This document shows, in pieces, positions 27,350 to 38,652 of a stretch of DNA of 64,000 nucleotides. The notes under the pieces were generated by a model. That model was not told where the DNA came from, made no database searches, and worked only from the letters and a program-made list of their open reading frames with translations. The stretch lies in assembly GCF_028368995.1 (NCBI RefSeq), contig NZ_JAQNDL010000001.1, positions 4,192,001-4,256,000 on the forward strand. The letters run 5' to 3'. The translations under genes and the position numbers were made by a program. Positions within the stretch are counted from its first letter, which is position 1. Each line of letters begins with the position of its first letter. The stretch is from Nannocystis bainbridge (GTDB lineage Bacteria > Myxococcota_A > Polyangia > Nannocystales > Nannocystaceae).

Positions 27350-28109
27350 CGTCGTCCTCCTCTCCAGTGGCCTGACCGTCTTCGTCGGAATTCTCGAGCA
27401 CGGCGAGCAGCTGCAAGATGCCGCGCGAGCCGTGCTGCATCAGCGCCTGAGCGCTGGCCGCGGCGCCGTCGCTGTCGCGGCGGCGCACGGCGTCGGCGAT
27501 CCGGCGATAGGCCGCGAGGTCGCGCAGCTCCTCGCCCATGACCTCGACCAGCGCCTCGCGCATGCCCTCGTAGCTGTGGCGCAGGCCGTTGAAGGCCAGC
27601 TGATAGGCGATGTTTTCGCTGCAGACCGTGAGCAGGTCCCAGAACTGCAGCGCCAGCACCTGCAGCGCCAGCAAGTCCTGCTCTTGCGCGGCCATGGCGG
27701 CGACCATCTCGTCGAGCTGCAGCACCTGCCCGGGGCTGCGGCGCAGGGCCGCGAGGCGGGCGATGTCGGGGGCCATCGCGGCGCGCATCTCCATCACGCT
27801 GCGCGCGACGCGGAGGTCGACCGTGCCGTCGTGGTGAAAGAGGAGGCGATCGAGGAGGTCGAGGCTGGCGGTCTGCTTGAAGTCGAGCACGCGCGTGCCG
27901 CCGCCGTGCTGAATCGAGATCAGCCCCGCCTGCGACAGCCGCTTGAGCGCCTCGCGCACGGCGCCGCGGTTGACCCGCAGCACGTCGCAAAGCGCGCGCT
28001 CGCTCGGCAGCGGCGCCCCCGGGCGCATCCGACCGTGCACGATCTCCTGGGATAGCTGCTCGAACACAGCGTCGGACAGGGACTTTCGGGCTACCGGCTT
28101 GAGGCGCAT
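27336..28109 (-). CDS. GntR/FadR-family transcriptional regulator
   Basis: LPSERAL...VNRGAVREALKRL...GGGTRV HTH; FCD-type C-terminal domain. Confidence 0.93.
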   Translation of the reverse strand: MRLKPVARKSLSDAVFEQLSQEIVHGRMRPGAPLPSERALCDVLRVNRGAVREALKRLSQAGLISIQHGGGTRVLDFKQTASLDLLDRLLFHHDGTVDLRVARSVMEMRAAMAPDIARLAALRRSPGQVLQLDEMVAAMAAQEQDLLALQVLALQFWDLLTVCSENIAYQLAFNGLRHSYEGMREALVEVMGEELRDLAAYRRIADAVRRRDSDGAAASAQALMQHGSRGILQLLAVLENSDEDGQATGEEDDDDQP

Positions 28110-28155
28110 GGGCGACCTGTTGCAGTCAGCATGTCATGCCGAGATTCGATGGTCA

Positions 28156-28170
28156 ACTGGTCATACCAGT
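28156..28170. promoter_or_regulatory. FadR-subfamily operator palindrome (probable autoregulation)
   Basis: ACTGGT-cat-ACCAGT (TGGT-N3-ACCA) about 47 bp upstream of the GntR start. Confidence 0.75.
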
Positions 28171-28300
28171 GCAGTCGCGCCCCTGCGCGCCGGCCGCGGC
28201 ATTGCCGAATCTCCCGCCGTTGCCGGACTCGGCCGACGCGAGCGGCGCGCGGCCGGTGATTCCGCGGGTGATGCGAAGAGGACGTGGGACCGGCGAAGAC

Positions 28301-28352
28301 CTGCCTGGTCTTCGGATCATGTCCCTTACGTCATGTCTCTTCGGACTCAGGC
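28301..28352. repeat. 14-bp-phase cluster at end of ate
   Basis: ctgcctggtcttcg|gatcatgtccctta|cgtcatgtctcttc|ggactcaggc. Confidence 0.7.
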
Positions 28353-29104
28353 TCGACGGCCGCGCCGACGCGCTCGATGCAGCGCCAGCGGCCGGCGATG
28401 CGGCGCTCGTGCGGCAGGTAGCGGGCCTTGTAGGCCATCGACGGGCACTCGCGGATGTACAGGCCGAGGTACAGGTAGCGGAGGCCCCAGGCGCGGCACA
28501 GCTCGAGCTGCTTCATGATCGAGAACACCCCGGGCGACAGCGGCTCGAAGTCGGGGTCGAAGTAGAAGTAGACGGCGGACAGGGCGTCCTCGGCGCGGTC
28601 GACCACGGCGACGCCGACCAGGCGGCCGTCGACGCGGTAGCGCAGCTCGAACGACTCGCAGCAGGTGTCGACGAGGAAGGCGCGGTAGCCGACCTCGTCG
28701 ATGTCGTGGCCGTCGGCGTTGAGGTCGCGCTCGGCCTTGTGGCGGTTGTAGAGCGCGACCTTCTCGGGCGTCAGCTCCGGCGGCCCGATCTCGACCTCGA
28801 TGCGGGACAGGCCGCGCTTGTACACGCGGCGCTGGGTCTTGTCGGCCGCGAAGCGCTCGACGTCGATGCGGATCGGCTCGCACGCCTGGCAGCTCGGGCA
28901 CGACGTGCGGTAGAGCAGCACGCCCTGGCGGCGGTCGCCGACCCGCAGGCGCTCGGCGAACTCCTGCGGGGTGAGCATCCGCGTCGGTACACGCAGCGGC
29001 ATGCGGGCGTCGCGGCCCTGAAGATAGGGGCAGACGGTCGCCTCGTCGTACACGAGCAGCTCCGGCGGGTCGGCCGCGAGCAAGCGAGGGCGCCAGCGCA
29101 TCAT
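28331..29104 (-). CDS. ate: Bacterial arginyl-tRNA-protein transferase family (Ate/Bpt)
   Basis: CPYL, GDRRQG, CPSCQAC, LSAVYFYFDP, YLYLGLYI, MAYKARY. Confidence 0.9.
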   Translation of the reverse strand: MMRWRPRLLAADPPELLVYDEATVCPYLQGRDARMPLRVPTRMLTPQEFAERLRVGDRRQGVLLYRTSCPSCQACEPIRIDVERFAADKTQRRVYKRGLSRIEVEIGPPELTPEKVALYNRHKAERDLNADGHDIDEVGYRAFLVDTCCESFELRYRVDGRLVGVAVVDRAEDALSAVYFYFDPDFEPLSPGVFSIMKQLELCRAWGLRYLYLGLYIRECPSMAYKARYLPHERRIAGRWRCIERVGAAVEPESEET

Positions 29105-29185
29105 CGTTCAGTATACGGGTCCTGACCGCCGCGAGGCGCGCCATCCGAGTTGTACTGGGCCGCCTGGGCACTACAATCGCCTGCC

Positions 29186-30016
29186 ATGGCCGAGCCTGAA
29201 GTCCTGGACCCCGGCGTCTGGCGGGTCCCGTACGCGACGCCGACGCTCCCGCCGGCGACGGCGACCAATACTTTGATCGTCGGCACGCGCCGGCTGGCGG
29301 TCATCGAGCCGGCCACGCCGTTTGCCACTGAGCGGGCCGCGCTCGACGGACTGCTGGCGGAGCGAGCCGCCGCCGGCGCGGAGGTCGTGGCCGTGCTCGT
29401 CACCCACCACCACGGCGACCACGTCGGCTACGCGTTCGAGCTCGCGCGGCGGCTGGGCGCGCCGATCTACGCCCATCGCCTCACCGCGGCCCGGCTCGAT
29501 TTCCCCGTCGACATCGCGCTCGAGGACGGCGAGCGGCTCGAGCTCGGCGACGGCTACGCCCTGCGAGCCCTGTTCACGCCGGGTCACGCGCCGGGCCACC
29601 TCGTGTACTGCGAGGAGCGCACGGGGATCGCCTACGCCGGTGACCTCGTCGCCGGCATCGGGACGATCCTCATCGACCCGGCCGATGGGGGGGACATGTC
29701 GGCCTACCTCGATTCGCTCGCCCGCCTGGGCGCCGAGCGACCCTCGGCCCTCGTCCCCGCCCACGGCCCCGTGATCGCGGCGCCGCAGGAGTGCCTCGAG
29801 CGCTACATCACCCATCGCAGACAGCGCGAGGGCCGGGTGCTCGCCGCCCTGCACGCCGGCGCCACGCGGATGCCCGAGCTGCTGGCCGGCGCCTACGGCG
29901 ACACCCCGCGTGAGATCTGGTGGCTGGCCGAGCGGTCCCTGGACGCCCACCTGCGCAAGCTCGAGGCCGAGGGCCGGGTCCGCCGCGAGCCCGACAGTCA
30001 GTTCGTCCTGACCTGA
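29186..30016 (+). CDS. MBL-fold metallo-hydrolase (LACTB2-like)
   Basis: THHHGDH, TPGHAPGH, AGD, PAHG; C-terminal winged-helix-like tail. Confidence 0.9.
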   Translation: MAEPEVLDPGVWRVPYATPTLPPATATNTLIVGTRRLAVIEPATPFATERAALDGLLAERAAAGAEVVAVLVTHHHGDHVGYAFELARRLGAPIYAHRLTAARLDFPVDIALEDGERLELGDGYALRALFTPGHAPGHLVYCEERTGIAYAGDLVAGIGTILIDPADGGDMSAYLDSLARLGAERPSALVPAHGPVIAAPQECLERYITHRRQREGRVLAALHAGATRMPELLAGAYGDTPREIWWLAERSLDAHLRKLEAEGRVRREPDSQFVLT

Positions 30017-30129
30017 CCGGGCGCGCCGCCGTACACGCGCTTACCAGACGCGAGTACACCGGCGCGCACTCGCCCGGCGCGTCGCGCGGTCGCCCTTCGC
30101 CGGCCGCTGGTGTTAGGATGGACCCGGTT

Positions 30130-30537
30130 ATGCCCAAGGTCTTGATCGTCGAGGACAACGAACTCAGCCGGGACATGCTCTCGAGGCGACTGCGCCGCAA
30201 GGGCTACGAGGTGCTCGTCGCCGTCGACGGCGGCGAGGGCGTCGCCATGGTGAAGAAGGAGAAGCCCGACATCGTGCTGATGGACTTGAGCCTCCCCGAC
30301 ATGGACGGCTGGTACGCCACGCGGGTGCTGAAGGAGCACGAGGCGACCGCGAATATCCCTGTCATCGCCCTCACCGCGCACGCCATGTCCGGCGACCGCG
30401 AGAAGGCCCTCGAGGCCGGCTGCGACGACTACGACACCAAGCCGATCGACCTGCGACGGCTGCTCTCGAAGATCAACCGCTTCGTGCCCGACCCCGAGGG
30501 CGGCTCCGGCGATCCCAGCGACAGCCGGGCCGGCTGA
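30130..30537 (+). CDS. Single-domain response regulator (DivK-like)
   Basis: VEDN, LMDLSLPDMDG, ALTAHAM, GCDDYDTKP. Confidence 0.92.
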   Translation: MPKVLIVEDNELSRDMLSRRLRRKGYEVLVAVDGGEGVAMVKKEKPDIVLMDLSLPDMDGWYATRVLKEHEATANIPVIALTAHAMSGDREKALEAGCDDYDTKPIDLRRLLSKINRFVPDPEGGSGDPSDSRAG

Positions 30538-30851
30538 GCCTCGACCGCTTCGCACGCAGCGTCGTCGCCCGTCGGCGCCTCGCCGCACCTCCGTGGTGCC
30601 GGCTCGCAGGCCCACGACCGACGACGCGCTCGCGTCTGTCCTTAAAGTCATGTCCTCGGGGCACGCCGCGGTCGTCCGTCCGCGGATTTGCGCGTCCGTC
30701 CGCGCCCCGATCGCCAGGAATTCGCGCCGGCCCGACCCGGAAAAACGCGACAGAACCATGTCCTGACCGCCTCCTCACGCGTCCTGCAATTGACACCCCT
30801 CGCGGGCCCCTGTAACGCTCTTTTGACACGGTTTTCCCGCGGAGAACTGCG

Positions 30852-33653
30852 ATCACGGACTCGCACCCACACGCCGGAGCGCCCGCCGAGAGCGGGCTCG
30901 AACCCCAGGGGGAGGCCGGGGCGGGCAGCCGGCTGGCGGCCCTGCGCGCGCAGATCGAGCAGCGTTTCGGCTACTTGCCGGCGTTCTTCGAGCCGGCCTT
31001 CGCCTGCCCGGACACCCTCGCCGACCTGTGGCACGCCGCCAGACACGCCTACCTCGATTGCCCGCTGCCGGCGGTGTTCAAGGAGCTGACCCTCCTGCTG
31101 GCCCTCCGCCGCGCCGGCGCCGGCCTCGTCGAGCACGCGCTCGCCCTCACCCGCCTGGGCCTCGCGCCCGCGGCCGTGCTGAGCGCCCTCGACGAGCCGC
31201 GCGCCTTTGTCGATCAGCTGGCGGCCGCCCGCGATGTGCTCCGCGAGCAGCACCTGCACCTTGAGACATGGCCTGAAGACCCTGTCCTTCGCGACATGCT
31301 CATGCGCTGCGGCCTGGCCTTCGCCGCCGACCCGCAAGGCGGCGCCGACGGTCGCGCTGCGCTGGCCGCCGCGTTGACGCCGGCGCTGTACACCCGCTGG
31401 ACCGCGCTGGCCGCCTACGCCCGCGGCCGCGCGGCCTGGTTCGAGCTGCACCCCGACCTGGCCCAGCGGATCGACCCGCCGCTGGTCGAGACCCACGCAT
31501 GGTTGCTGCGCGAGGCGCCCGGGCTCGCGCGTCACTTCGGCGACCCGGCCGTCGGCGCCCGCCCGCTGGTCGCGCCCGCGCTGCTGCGCCTCATCGACGC
31601 CGTCCCGACCGGCATCCTCCAGCTCGACGCCCGCGGCGCGATCGTCATGTCGAACACCACCGCGCAGCGGCTGCTCGGCCACGGCCCCGAGGCGCTCGCC
31701 GGCCTGACGATCGACGACCTCGAGCGCGGCGCCCTGCGCGACGACGGCCAGCCGCTCGCCCCCGGCTCACCGCTGCGGCGCTGCCTCGAGCAGCACAAGC
31801 CGCAGCCCCCGCTCACCGTCGGCCTCCGCACCGCCAGGGGCGAGCTGCTGTGGACCAGCCTCGCCGCCGTCCCGCTCGCGGACGACGACCACGGCGCCGC
31901 GATCATGGTCACGCTGGTCGACATCGGCGAGCGCCGCAAGATCGAGCGCGCCCTGCAGGAGAGCGAGATCAAGTACCAGCTGCTGGTCGAGGCCAGCGAC
32001 GTCTTCCTGCTCTGCTTCGACCGCGACGGCTTCATCTTCCACGCCAACGCGCTGATCGCCGGCCTCTTCTCCAGCACCGTCGACGACCTGATCGGCAAGA
32101 GCCTCGGCGACCTCGCGCCCGACTTGCCCGAGCTGGCCGAGGCCTACCTGGCCCGCTTCGCCCAGGTCATGGAGGGCGGCATCGGCGTCTCGGTCGAGGA
32201 GATGATCGAGGTCCGCGGCAAGACCGGGTGGTTCTCGTCGACCGTCGTGCCGCTGCGCGACTTCGACGGCCAGGTCACTGGCGTCCAGGTCGTCGCCCGC
32301 GACATCACCCGCCGCCGCCGCGCCGAGATCGCCCTGCGCGCCCGCGAGGAGCGCTCGCGTCACGACTCGCTGCACGACCCGCTGACGCGCCTGCCCAACC
32401 GCCAGGCCTTCATGGAGAAGCTCGAGACGGCGCTCCAGGCCGTGCGCCAGGGCCGGCCCGCCTTCGCGGTGCTGTGCCTCGACCTCGACCGCTTCAAGAA
32501 CGTCAACGACAGCCTCGGCCACTCGACCGGCGATCGCCTGCTGATCTCGTTCGCGCGGCTGTTGCAGGACTGCGTCGGCCCCGACGACCTGCTCGCGCGC
32601 CTGTCCGGCGACGAGTTCGGGGTCCTCTTGCCCAACGTCCAGGACGCCAGCGACGCCATCCGCGTCGCCGACCGCATCCTCGCCCAGCTCAAGCGCCCGC
32701 TGTCGCTGCGCGATCAAGAGGTCTACACCTCGATCAGCGTCGGCATCACCTGGAGCGCCCTCGGCTACGAGCGCACCGAAGACATCCTGCGCGACGCCGA
32801 CACCGCGATGCACCGGGCCAAGCGGCGCGGCAAGAGCCGCTACGAGCTGTTCGACGCCGACATGCACGCCGAGGCCGTCGCCCAGCTGACGCTCGAGAGC
32901 GACCTGCGGCGGGCCATCGAGCGCGTCGAGTTCGAGGTCTACTACCAGCCCGTCATCGACCTCGTCAGCGGCCAGATCAGCGGCTTCGAGGCGCTCCTGC
33001 GCTGGAACCACCCGACCCGCGGCCTCGTGCTCCCGGGCGAGTTCATCGGCTGCGCCGAGGAGACCGGCCTCATCATCCCGATCGGCGAGTGGGTCCTGCG
33101 CGAGGCGTGCGGCCAGATGCAGCGCTGGCACGCCAAGTACCCCCACCGCGAGGCGCTGTCGATCAGCGTCAACCTCTCGGGCAAGCAGTTCGCCCAGCCG
33201 GCCCTGATCGCCAAGGCCCTGCACGAGAGCATGCTCGTCCCCTCGAGCCTCAAGCTCGAGATCACCGAGAGCGTGATCATGGAAGATCCGAAGACCGCCT
33301 CCGAGCTGATCGAGCAGCTCCGGCGCGAGCAGGTCCACTCCTACGTCGACGACTTCGGCACCGGCTACTCCTCGCTCAGCTACCTGCACCGCTTCCCGAT
33401 GTCGGCGCTGAAGATCGACCGCTCCTTCATCAGCAACATCGGGCCCGACGGCGAGAACGCGGAGATCGTGCGCACGATCGTCACGCTGGCCCACAACCTC
33501 GGGATGAGCGTCATCGCCGAGGGCGTCGAGACCCGGGCCCAGCTCGACCTCCTGGCCGAGATGGGCTGCGAGTTCGGCCAGGGCTACTTCTTCTCGCGCC
33601 CGGTCTCGCGCGGCGTCGCCGAGTCGATGATCTCGCGCGACTGCAAGCCGTGA
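30852..33653 (+). CDS. PAS-PAS-GGDEF-EAL protein with N-terminal AhpD-like sensor region
   Basis: HDPLTRLPNR, SGDEF, FEALLRW, DDFGTGYSSL; two PAS segments. Start uncertain: frame is open from 30816, first canonical start is TTG 30975, ATC 30852 follows GGAGA. Confidence 0.88.
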   Translation: MTDSHPHAGAPAESGLEPQGEAGAGSRLAALRAQIEQRFGYLPAFFEPAFACPDTLADLWHAARHAYLDCPLPAVFKELTLLLALRRAGAGLVEHALALTRLGLAPAAVLSALDEPRAFVDQLAAARDVLREQHLHLETWPEDPVLRDMLMRCGLAFAADPQGGADGRAALAAALTPALYTRWTALAAYARGRAAWFELHPDLAQRIDPPLVETHAWLLREAPGLARHFGDPAVGARPLVAPALLRLIDAVPTGILQLDARGAIVMSNTTAQRLLGHGPEALAGLTIDDLERGALRDDGQPLAPGSPLRRCLEQHKPQPPLTVGLRTARGELLWTSLAAVPLADDDHGAAIMVTLVDIGERRKIERALQESEIKYQLLVEASDVFLLCFDRDGFIFHANALIAGLFSSTVDDLIGKSLGDLAPDLPELAEAYLARFAQVMEGGIGVSVEEMIEVRGKTGWFSSTVVPLRDFDGQVTGVQVVARDITRRRRAEIALRAREERSRHDSLHDPLTRLPNRQAFMEKLETALQAVRQGRPAFAVLCLDLDRFKNVNDSLGHSTGDRLLISFARLLQDCVGPDDLLARLSGDEFGVLLPNVQDASDAIRVADRILAQLKRPLSLRDQEVYTSISVGITWSALGYERTEDILRDADTAMHRAKRRGKSRYELFDADMHAEAVAQLTLESDLRRAIERVEFEVYYQPVIDLVSGQISGFEALLRWNHPTRGLVLPGEFIGCAEETGLIIPIGEWVLREACGQMQRWHAKYPHREALSISVNLSGKQFAQPALIAKALHESMLVPSSLKLEITESVIMEDPKTASELIEQLRREQVHSYVDDFGTGYSSLSYLHRFPMSALKIDRSFISNIGPDGENAEIVRTIVTLAHNLGMSVIAEGVETRAQLDLLAEMGCEFGQGYFFSRPVSRGVAESMISRDCKP
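31250..31305. repeat. In-frame 14-bp-phase cluster (4 units)
   Basis: gcacctgcaccttg|agacatggcctgaa|gaccctgtccttcg|cgacatgctcatgc. Confidence 0.75.
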
Positions 33654-33658
33654 GAATC

Positions 33659-33680
33659 GACCTGTCCTCGCGGACAGGTC
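33659..33680. repeat. Two-unit perfect hairpin in a 33-bp convergent gap
   Basis: gacctgtcc-tcgc-ggacaggtc. Confidence 0.85.
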
Positions 33681-33686
33681 ACTGCC

Positions 33687-34156
<470 letters not shown>

Positions 34157-34160
<4 letters not shown>

Positions 34161-34771
34161 GCCGCGCCGACTGTAGCGCAAGCCGCGACCGCGCTGTGCA
34201 GCCGCGGCTCGCCCGGGTCGCCCGCCAGCACCTCGGCCTCGTGCAGCGCCAGCGCCTCGAGCCGCGCGGCCAGCTCCTGCTCCGTCACCAGCCCCATCTC
34301 TCGCGCCAGCTCGACGTAGCTGTGGAAGTGTCGCGCCTCACACGCCAGCAGCCCGCGGTACAGCTTCACCAGCCCCGGGTCCTCCAGCGTCTCCGCCAGC
34401 AGCCGCATCCGCTCGCAGCTGCGGGCCTCGATCAGCGCGCAGCACAGCAGCGTGTCGAGCAGCCGCATCGGCTCGTGCGTGCGGGCGGCCGCCATCAACT
34501 TCGCCGCGTACGGGCTCGGCTTCTGGCGGCGGAACTCGAGCCCACGCGCGCGCATCACCGCCACCACCTCCTCGAAGTGGGCCAGCTCCTCGCGCGCCAG
34601 CCGCGACAGCGGCACCACCAGCGCCGGCCGCTCCGGATAGCGGAAGATCAGCGACAACGCCGTCGACGCCGCCTTCTTCTCGCAGTGCGCGTGGTCGAGG
34701 AGGATCTCGGGCAGGTGCTCGCGCGCTCGCGCGGCCCAGCTCTGGTCGGTCGGCGCGGCCAGGTGCAGCAT
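34157..34771 (-). CDS. miaE: tRNA-(ms2io6A)-hydroxylase
   Basis: [29 protein letters not shown] di-iron motifs. Confidence 0.93.
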
Positions 34772-34800
34772 CGGCGACGGCAGTGTACCCTGGCGCTCGC

Positions 34801-35637
34801 GTGCCTGCCCTGTTTCGCGTCGCGGCTGCCCTCGCGTTCGCCGCTTGCGCCGTCCCCCCGCGCGACATGCCCCCGCAGCCGCCTGCCAGCGCGCCCCCGG
34901 TCGCGCGCTCGCACGGCGCCCCCACCCGGATCCTCGCCGCCCACGCCCAGCTACCGGCCGACGGCGGCCAGCGCGAGTACTTCGGCGTCCCGGTCGGCAC
35001 CCTCCTCTACGTCGTCTTCTCCCGCCCGCTCGACCCCGCCGCCCTGATCCCCGGCCGCTTCGTCGTGCTGGCCCGCGACGGCACCCGCCGCGTCCCGATC
35101 GCCGCCAGCCTCGCCCCCTCCAGCGAGCGCGACGAGCTCCGCGCGCTCGAGCTCGTCATCCCCGCCCCCCAGCGCGAGCTCGTCAGCGTCACCGTCGCCG
35201 GCCAGTTGTTCGACGCCGACGGCCGCGACATCGAAGGCCAGTCCGCCGACGTCGTCCCCGCCGACGCCGCCCCCTGGCCCGTCGCCGCCGAGCTCGTGTC
35301 CGTGGGCACCGACTGCCCCCCCGCCGCGCCCGCCGGCGTGCGCGTGTGGTGGAGCGCCCCGGTGGCCGCGGGTGCCGGCGGCGTCCGTCTCTTGCTCGCC
35401 GACGGCCGCGCCCTCCCGCCGGTCGCCGTCGCCGACGTCGCCTGCGCCCCCGAGCAGCGCCTCGCCGAGCCCGCGCCCGCGTGCGACCCCGAGGACGACA
35501 ACGTCCTCGACTACTGCACCCCTGTCGGCGCCGCGATCGAGCGGATCGAGCTCGACGACGGCGCCGCCCGCGATCGCAGCGGCAGCCTCAGCGCCGCCGG
35601 CTCGCTCCAACTTTCGCACATGTCCTCCGGGACATGA
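34801..35637 (+). CDS. Hypothetical lipoprotein
   Basis: AFAAC lipobox; coding-like GC3; VVFSRPLDP Ig-like segment. Confidence 0.65.
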   Translation: MPALFRVAAALAFAACAVPPRDMPPQPPASAPPVARSHGAPTRILAAHAQLPADGGQREYFGVPVGTLLYVVFSRPLDPAALIPGRFVVLARDGTRRVPIAASLAPSSERDELRALELVIPAPQRELVSVTVAGQLFDADGRDIEGQSADVVPADAAPWPVAAELVSVGTDCPPAAPAGVRVWWSAPVAAGAGGVRLLLADGRALPPVAVADVACAPEQRLAEPAPACDPEDDNVLDYCTPVGAAIERIELDDGAARDRSGSLSAAGSLQLSHMSSGT

Positions 35638-35667
35638 GCTTTACGCCATGACCCGAAGGACACCCAC
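35616..35667. repeat. 14-bp-phase cluster across a stop/start junction
   Basis: gcacatgtcctccg|ggacatgagcttta|cgccatgacccgaa|ggacacccac. Confidence 0.75.
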
Positions 35668-36607
35668 CATGGCGATCGCCCGCATGACGCGGTCGATCTC
35701 CCTGCCGATCATCCTCGCCTCCGTCGCCGTCGCCGTGTGCCTGGCGCTGCTGGTCGGCTGGAGCTACATCGTCCTGCAGAACCCCGAGCTGGTGGCCGAC
35801 CTGCGCGGCAACTGGTGGTTCCTGGCCGCCGGCATCGGCTCGCTGGTGGTGATCATGTTCGTCATCCTCCTCTTCACGGTCTTCCTGATCCGTGAGATCC
35901 GCGAGGTCCGGCGCCAGACCAGCTTCATCGACTCGGTCACCCACGAGCTCAAGAGCCCGCTCGCCGCGCTCAAGCTGTGCCTCGAGACGCTCGCCCGGCC
36001 CGACCTGCCCGGCGCCCAGCACGAGCGGCTGCGGCGGATGATGCACGACGACGTCGAGCGGCTCACCGCCTTCATCGACCGGGTGCTCACCGCCACCCGG
36101 CTCGCCGGCGAGGTCCGGCCCTCGCAGCACCTCACCGACATCTCGCTCGCCGAGCTCGCGCGCCGCTGCGCCGCTGGCGTCACTCGCCGGGCCCACCTCG
36201 CCGACGACGTCGTGCGCGTCGACATCGGCCCCGATCTGCGGATCGTCACCGACGAGGTCGCCCTCGCCGCCGTGCTCGAGAACCTCATCGACAACGCCAT
36301 CAAGTACAGCGGCGACGACGTCGAGGTCGTCGTCAGCGCCGGCCCCGTCGACGCTCGCGGCCAGGTCGCCCTCGAGGTCCGCGACCGCGGGATCGGCATC
36401 CCTCGCACCCACCTGCGCCGCGTCTTCGAGCGCTTCTATCGCGTCCCCGAAGAGGCCGTCCGCGAGCGCCGCGGCACCGGCCTCGGCCTCTACGTCGTCT
36501 CCGCTCTGGTCCGCTCCCTCGGCGGCCGCGCTGAAGCTCTGTCCCCCGGCCCCGGTCAGGGCACCACCCTCCGCATCATCCTCCCCATGCGCCTGCGCTC
36601 GGCCTGA
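35648..36607 (+). CDS. Sensor histidine kinase (2 TM, HisKA, HATPase)
   Basis: THELKSPL H-box, NLIDNAIKYS, DRGIGI, GTGLGL. Confidence 0.93.
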   Translation: MTRRTPTMAIARMTRSISLPIILASVAVAVCLALLVGWSYIVLQNPELVADLRGNWWFLAAGIGSLVVIMFVILLFTVFLIREIREVRRQTSFIDSVTHELKSPLAALKLCLETLARPDLPGAQHERLRRMMHDDVERLTAFIDRVLTATRLAGEVRPSQHLTDISLAELARRCAAGVTRRAHLADDVVRVDIGPDLRIVTDEVALAAVLENLIDNAIKYSGDDVEVVVSAGPVDARGQVALEVRDRGIGIPRTHLRRVFERFYRVPEEAVRERRGTGLGLYVVSALVRSLGGRAEALSPGPGQGTTLRIILPMRLRSA

Positions 36608-36706
36608 ACGTTTTCGGAGCCGAAGGCGCATCATCATGTTTTGCAGCTGCGCGAAGATTTCCGGAGCGCCGCCCGCTCCGCTGAACCATCCTGAGGAGCA
36701 AGCGGA

Positions 36707-37462
36707 TTGACCACCTCTCCCCGCCTCCTCCTCGTCGAGGACGAGCAGCACCTCGCCGCCGGGCTCAAGTTGAACTTCGAGCTCGAGGGCTACGCCGTCG
36801 ACCTCGCCAGCACCGCGCGGCGGGCCGCCGAGCTCCTGCTCGGGGCGCGCTATGACGTCATCGTCCTCGACGTCATGCTCCCCGACACCGACGGCTTCGA
36901 GCTGTGCAAGAAGTTGCGCGACGGCGGCAACTTCAGCCCCGTCCTCATGCTCACCGCGCGCGACGCCACCGACGATCGCGTGCGCGGCCTCGAGGTCGGC
37001 GCCGACGACTACCTCGTCAAGCCGTTCGAGCTCAGCGAGCTGCTCGCCCGGGTGCGCTCGCTGTTGCGCAGGCGCTCGTGGGAGCGCGAGCAACGCGTGC
37101 CGCAGGAGCAACCTCTGCAGGACGCGAGCATCATCATCGTCGCCCCGATTCGCTTCGGCGACGCCGTCATCGACGTCGAGCGCGGCGAGGCGCGCATGGG
37201 CGATCTGGAGGTCAAGCTCACCCGCCTCGAGTTCGACCTCGTGCGCTACTTCGCGAGCAACCCCGGGCGCGTGCTCTCGCGCCAGGAGCTGCAGGAGCAG
37301 GTGTGGAAGCTGGCGAACTACCCCAACACGCGGATGGTCGACAACTTCATCATGCGCCTCCGGCGCCACTTCGAACCCGACCCGGTCAATCCCGTGTATT
37401 TCGTCTCCGTACGTGGAACGGGTTACAAATTCGTCGTCCCGACCGCGGTGACCAAACCGTGA
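36707..37462 (+). CDS. OmpR-family response regulator
   Basis: VEDE, LDVMLP, GADDYLVKPF; wHTH LTRLEFDL...TRMVD...VRGTGY. Confidence 0.93.
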   Translation: MTTSPRLLLVEDEQHLAAGLKLNFELEGYAVDLASTARRAAELLLGARYDVIVLDVMLPDTDGFELCKKLRDGGNFSPVLMLTARDATDDRVRGLEVGADDYLVKPFELSELLARVRSLLRRRSWEREQRVPQEQPLQDASIIIVAPIRFGDAVIDVERGEARMGDLEVKLTRLEFDLVRYFASNPGRVLSRQELQEQVWKLANYPNTRMVDNFIMRLRRHFEPDPVNPVYFVSVRGTGYKFVVPTAVTKP

Positions 37463-37521
37463 CACGGATTGACGCCTCGGAGACAGGCGGCGTTCGGGCA
37501 TCTCCGGCACCTTGAGCGGGC

Positions 37522-38469
<948 letters not shown>

Positions 38470-38509
38470 TAATTTTTAGAGTCTGGCCCTCGGGCCAGGT
38501 TTCTCTGAG

Positions 38510-38543
38510 AAGACCCCGAGCGTGTCCGCCCGGGGTCTTTTTG
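38510..38543 (+). terminator. Intrinsic terminator after desaturase
   Basis: aagaccccg...cggggtctt followed by T-run. Confidence 0.75.
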
Positions 38544-38562
38544 TTGGGTCACCGCGCCATTC

Positions 38563-38645
38563 TCGACATGTCTCAAGGACAGCGCGACGGCTCCCCATCT
38601 GTCCCGAAGGACATCTACATCTTTCGACCTGTCCCGGGGGCCATC
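38563..38645. repeat. GGACATGTCC-type cluster in convergent gap
   Basis: cgacatgtctcaaggaca; atctgtcccgaaggacat; cgacctgtcccggggg. Confidence 0.75.
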
Positions 38646-38652
38646 CGCGGTC

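Noticed and set aside
29692-29701. Isolated single motif-like hits (e.g. GGDMSAYL in the MBL gene, 30171, 7430)
   Set aside because: Explainable by ordinary Asp-Met codons and lacking a phased neighbour; not counted as strong evidence
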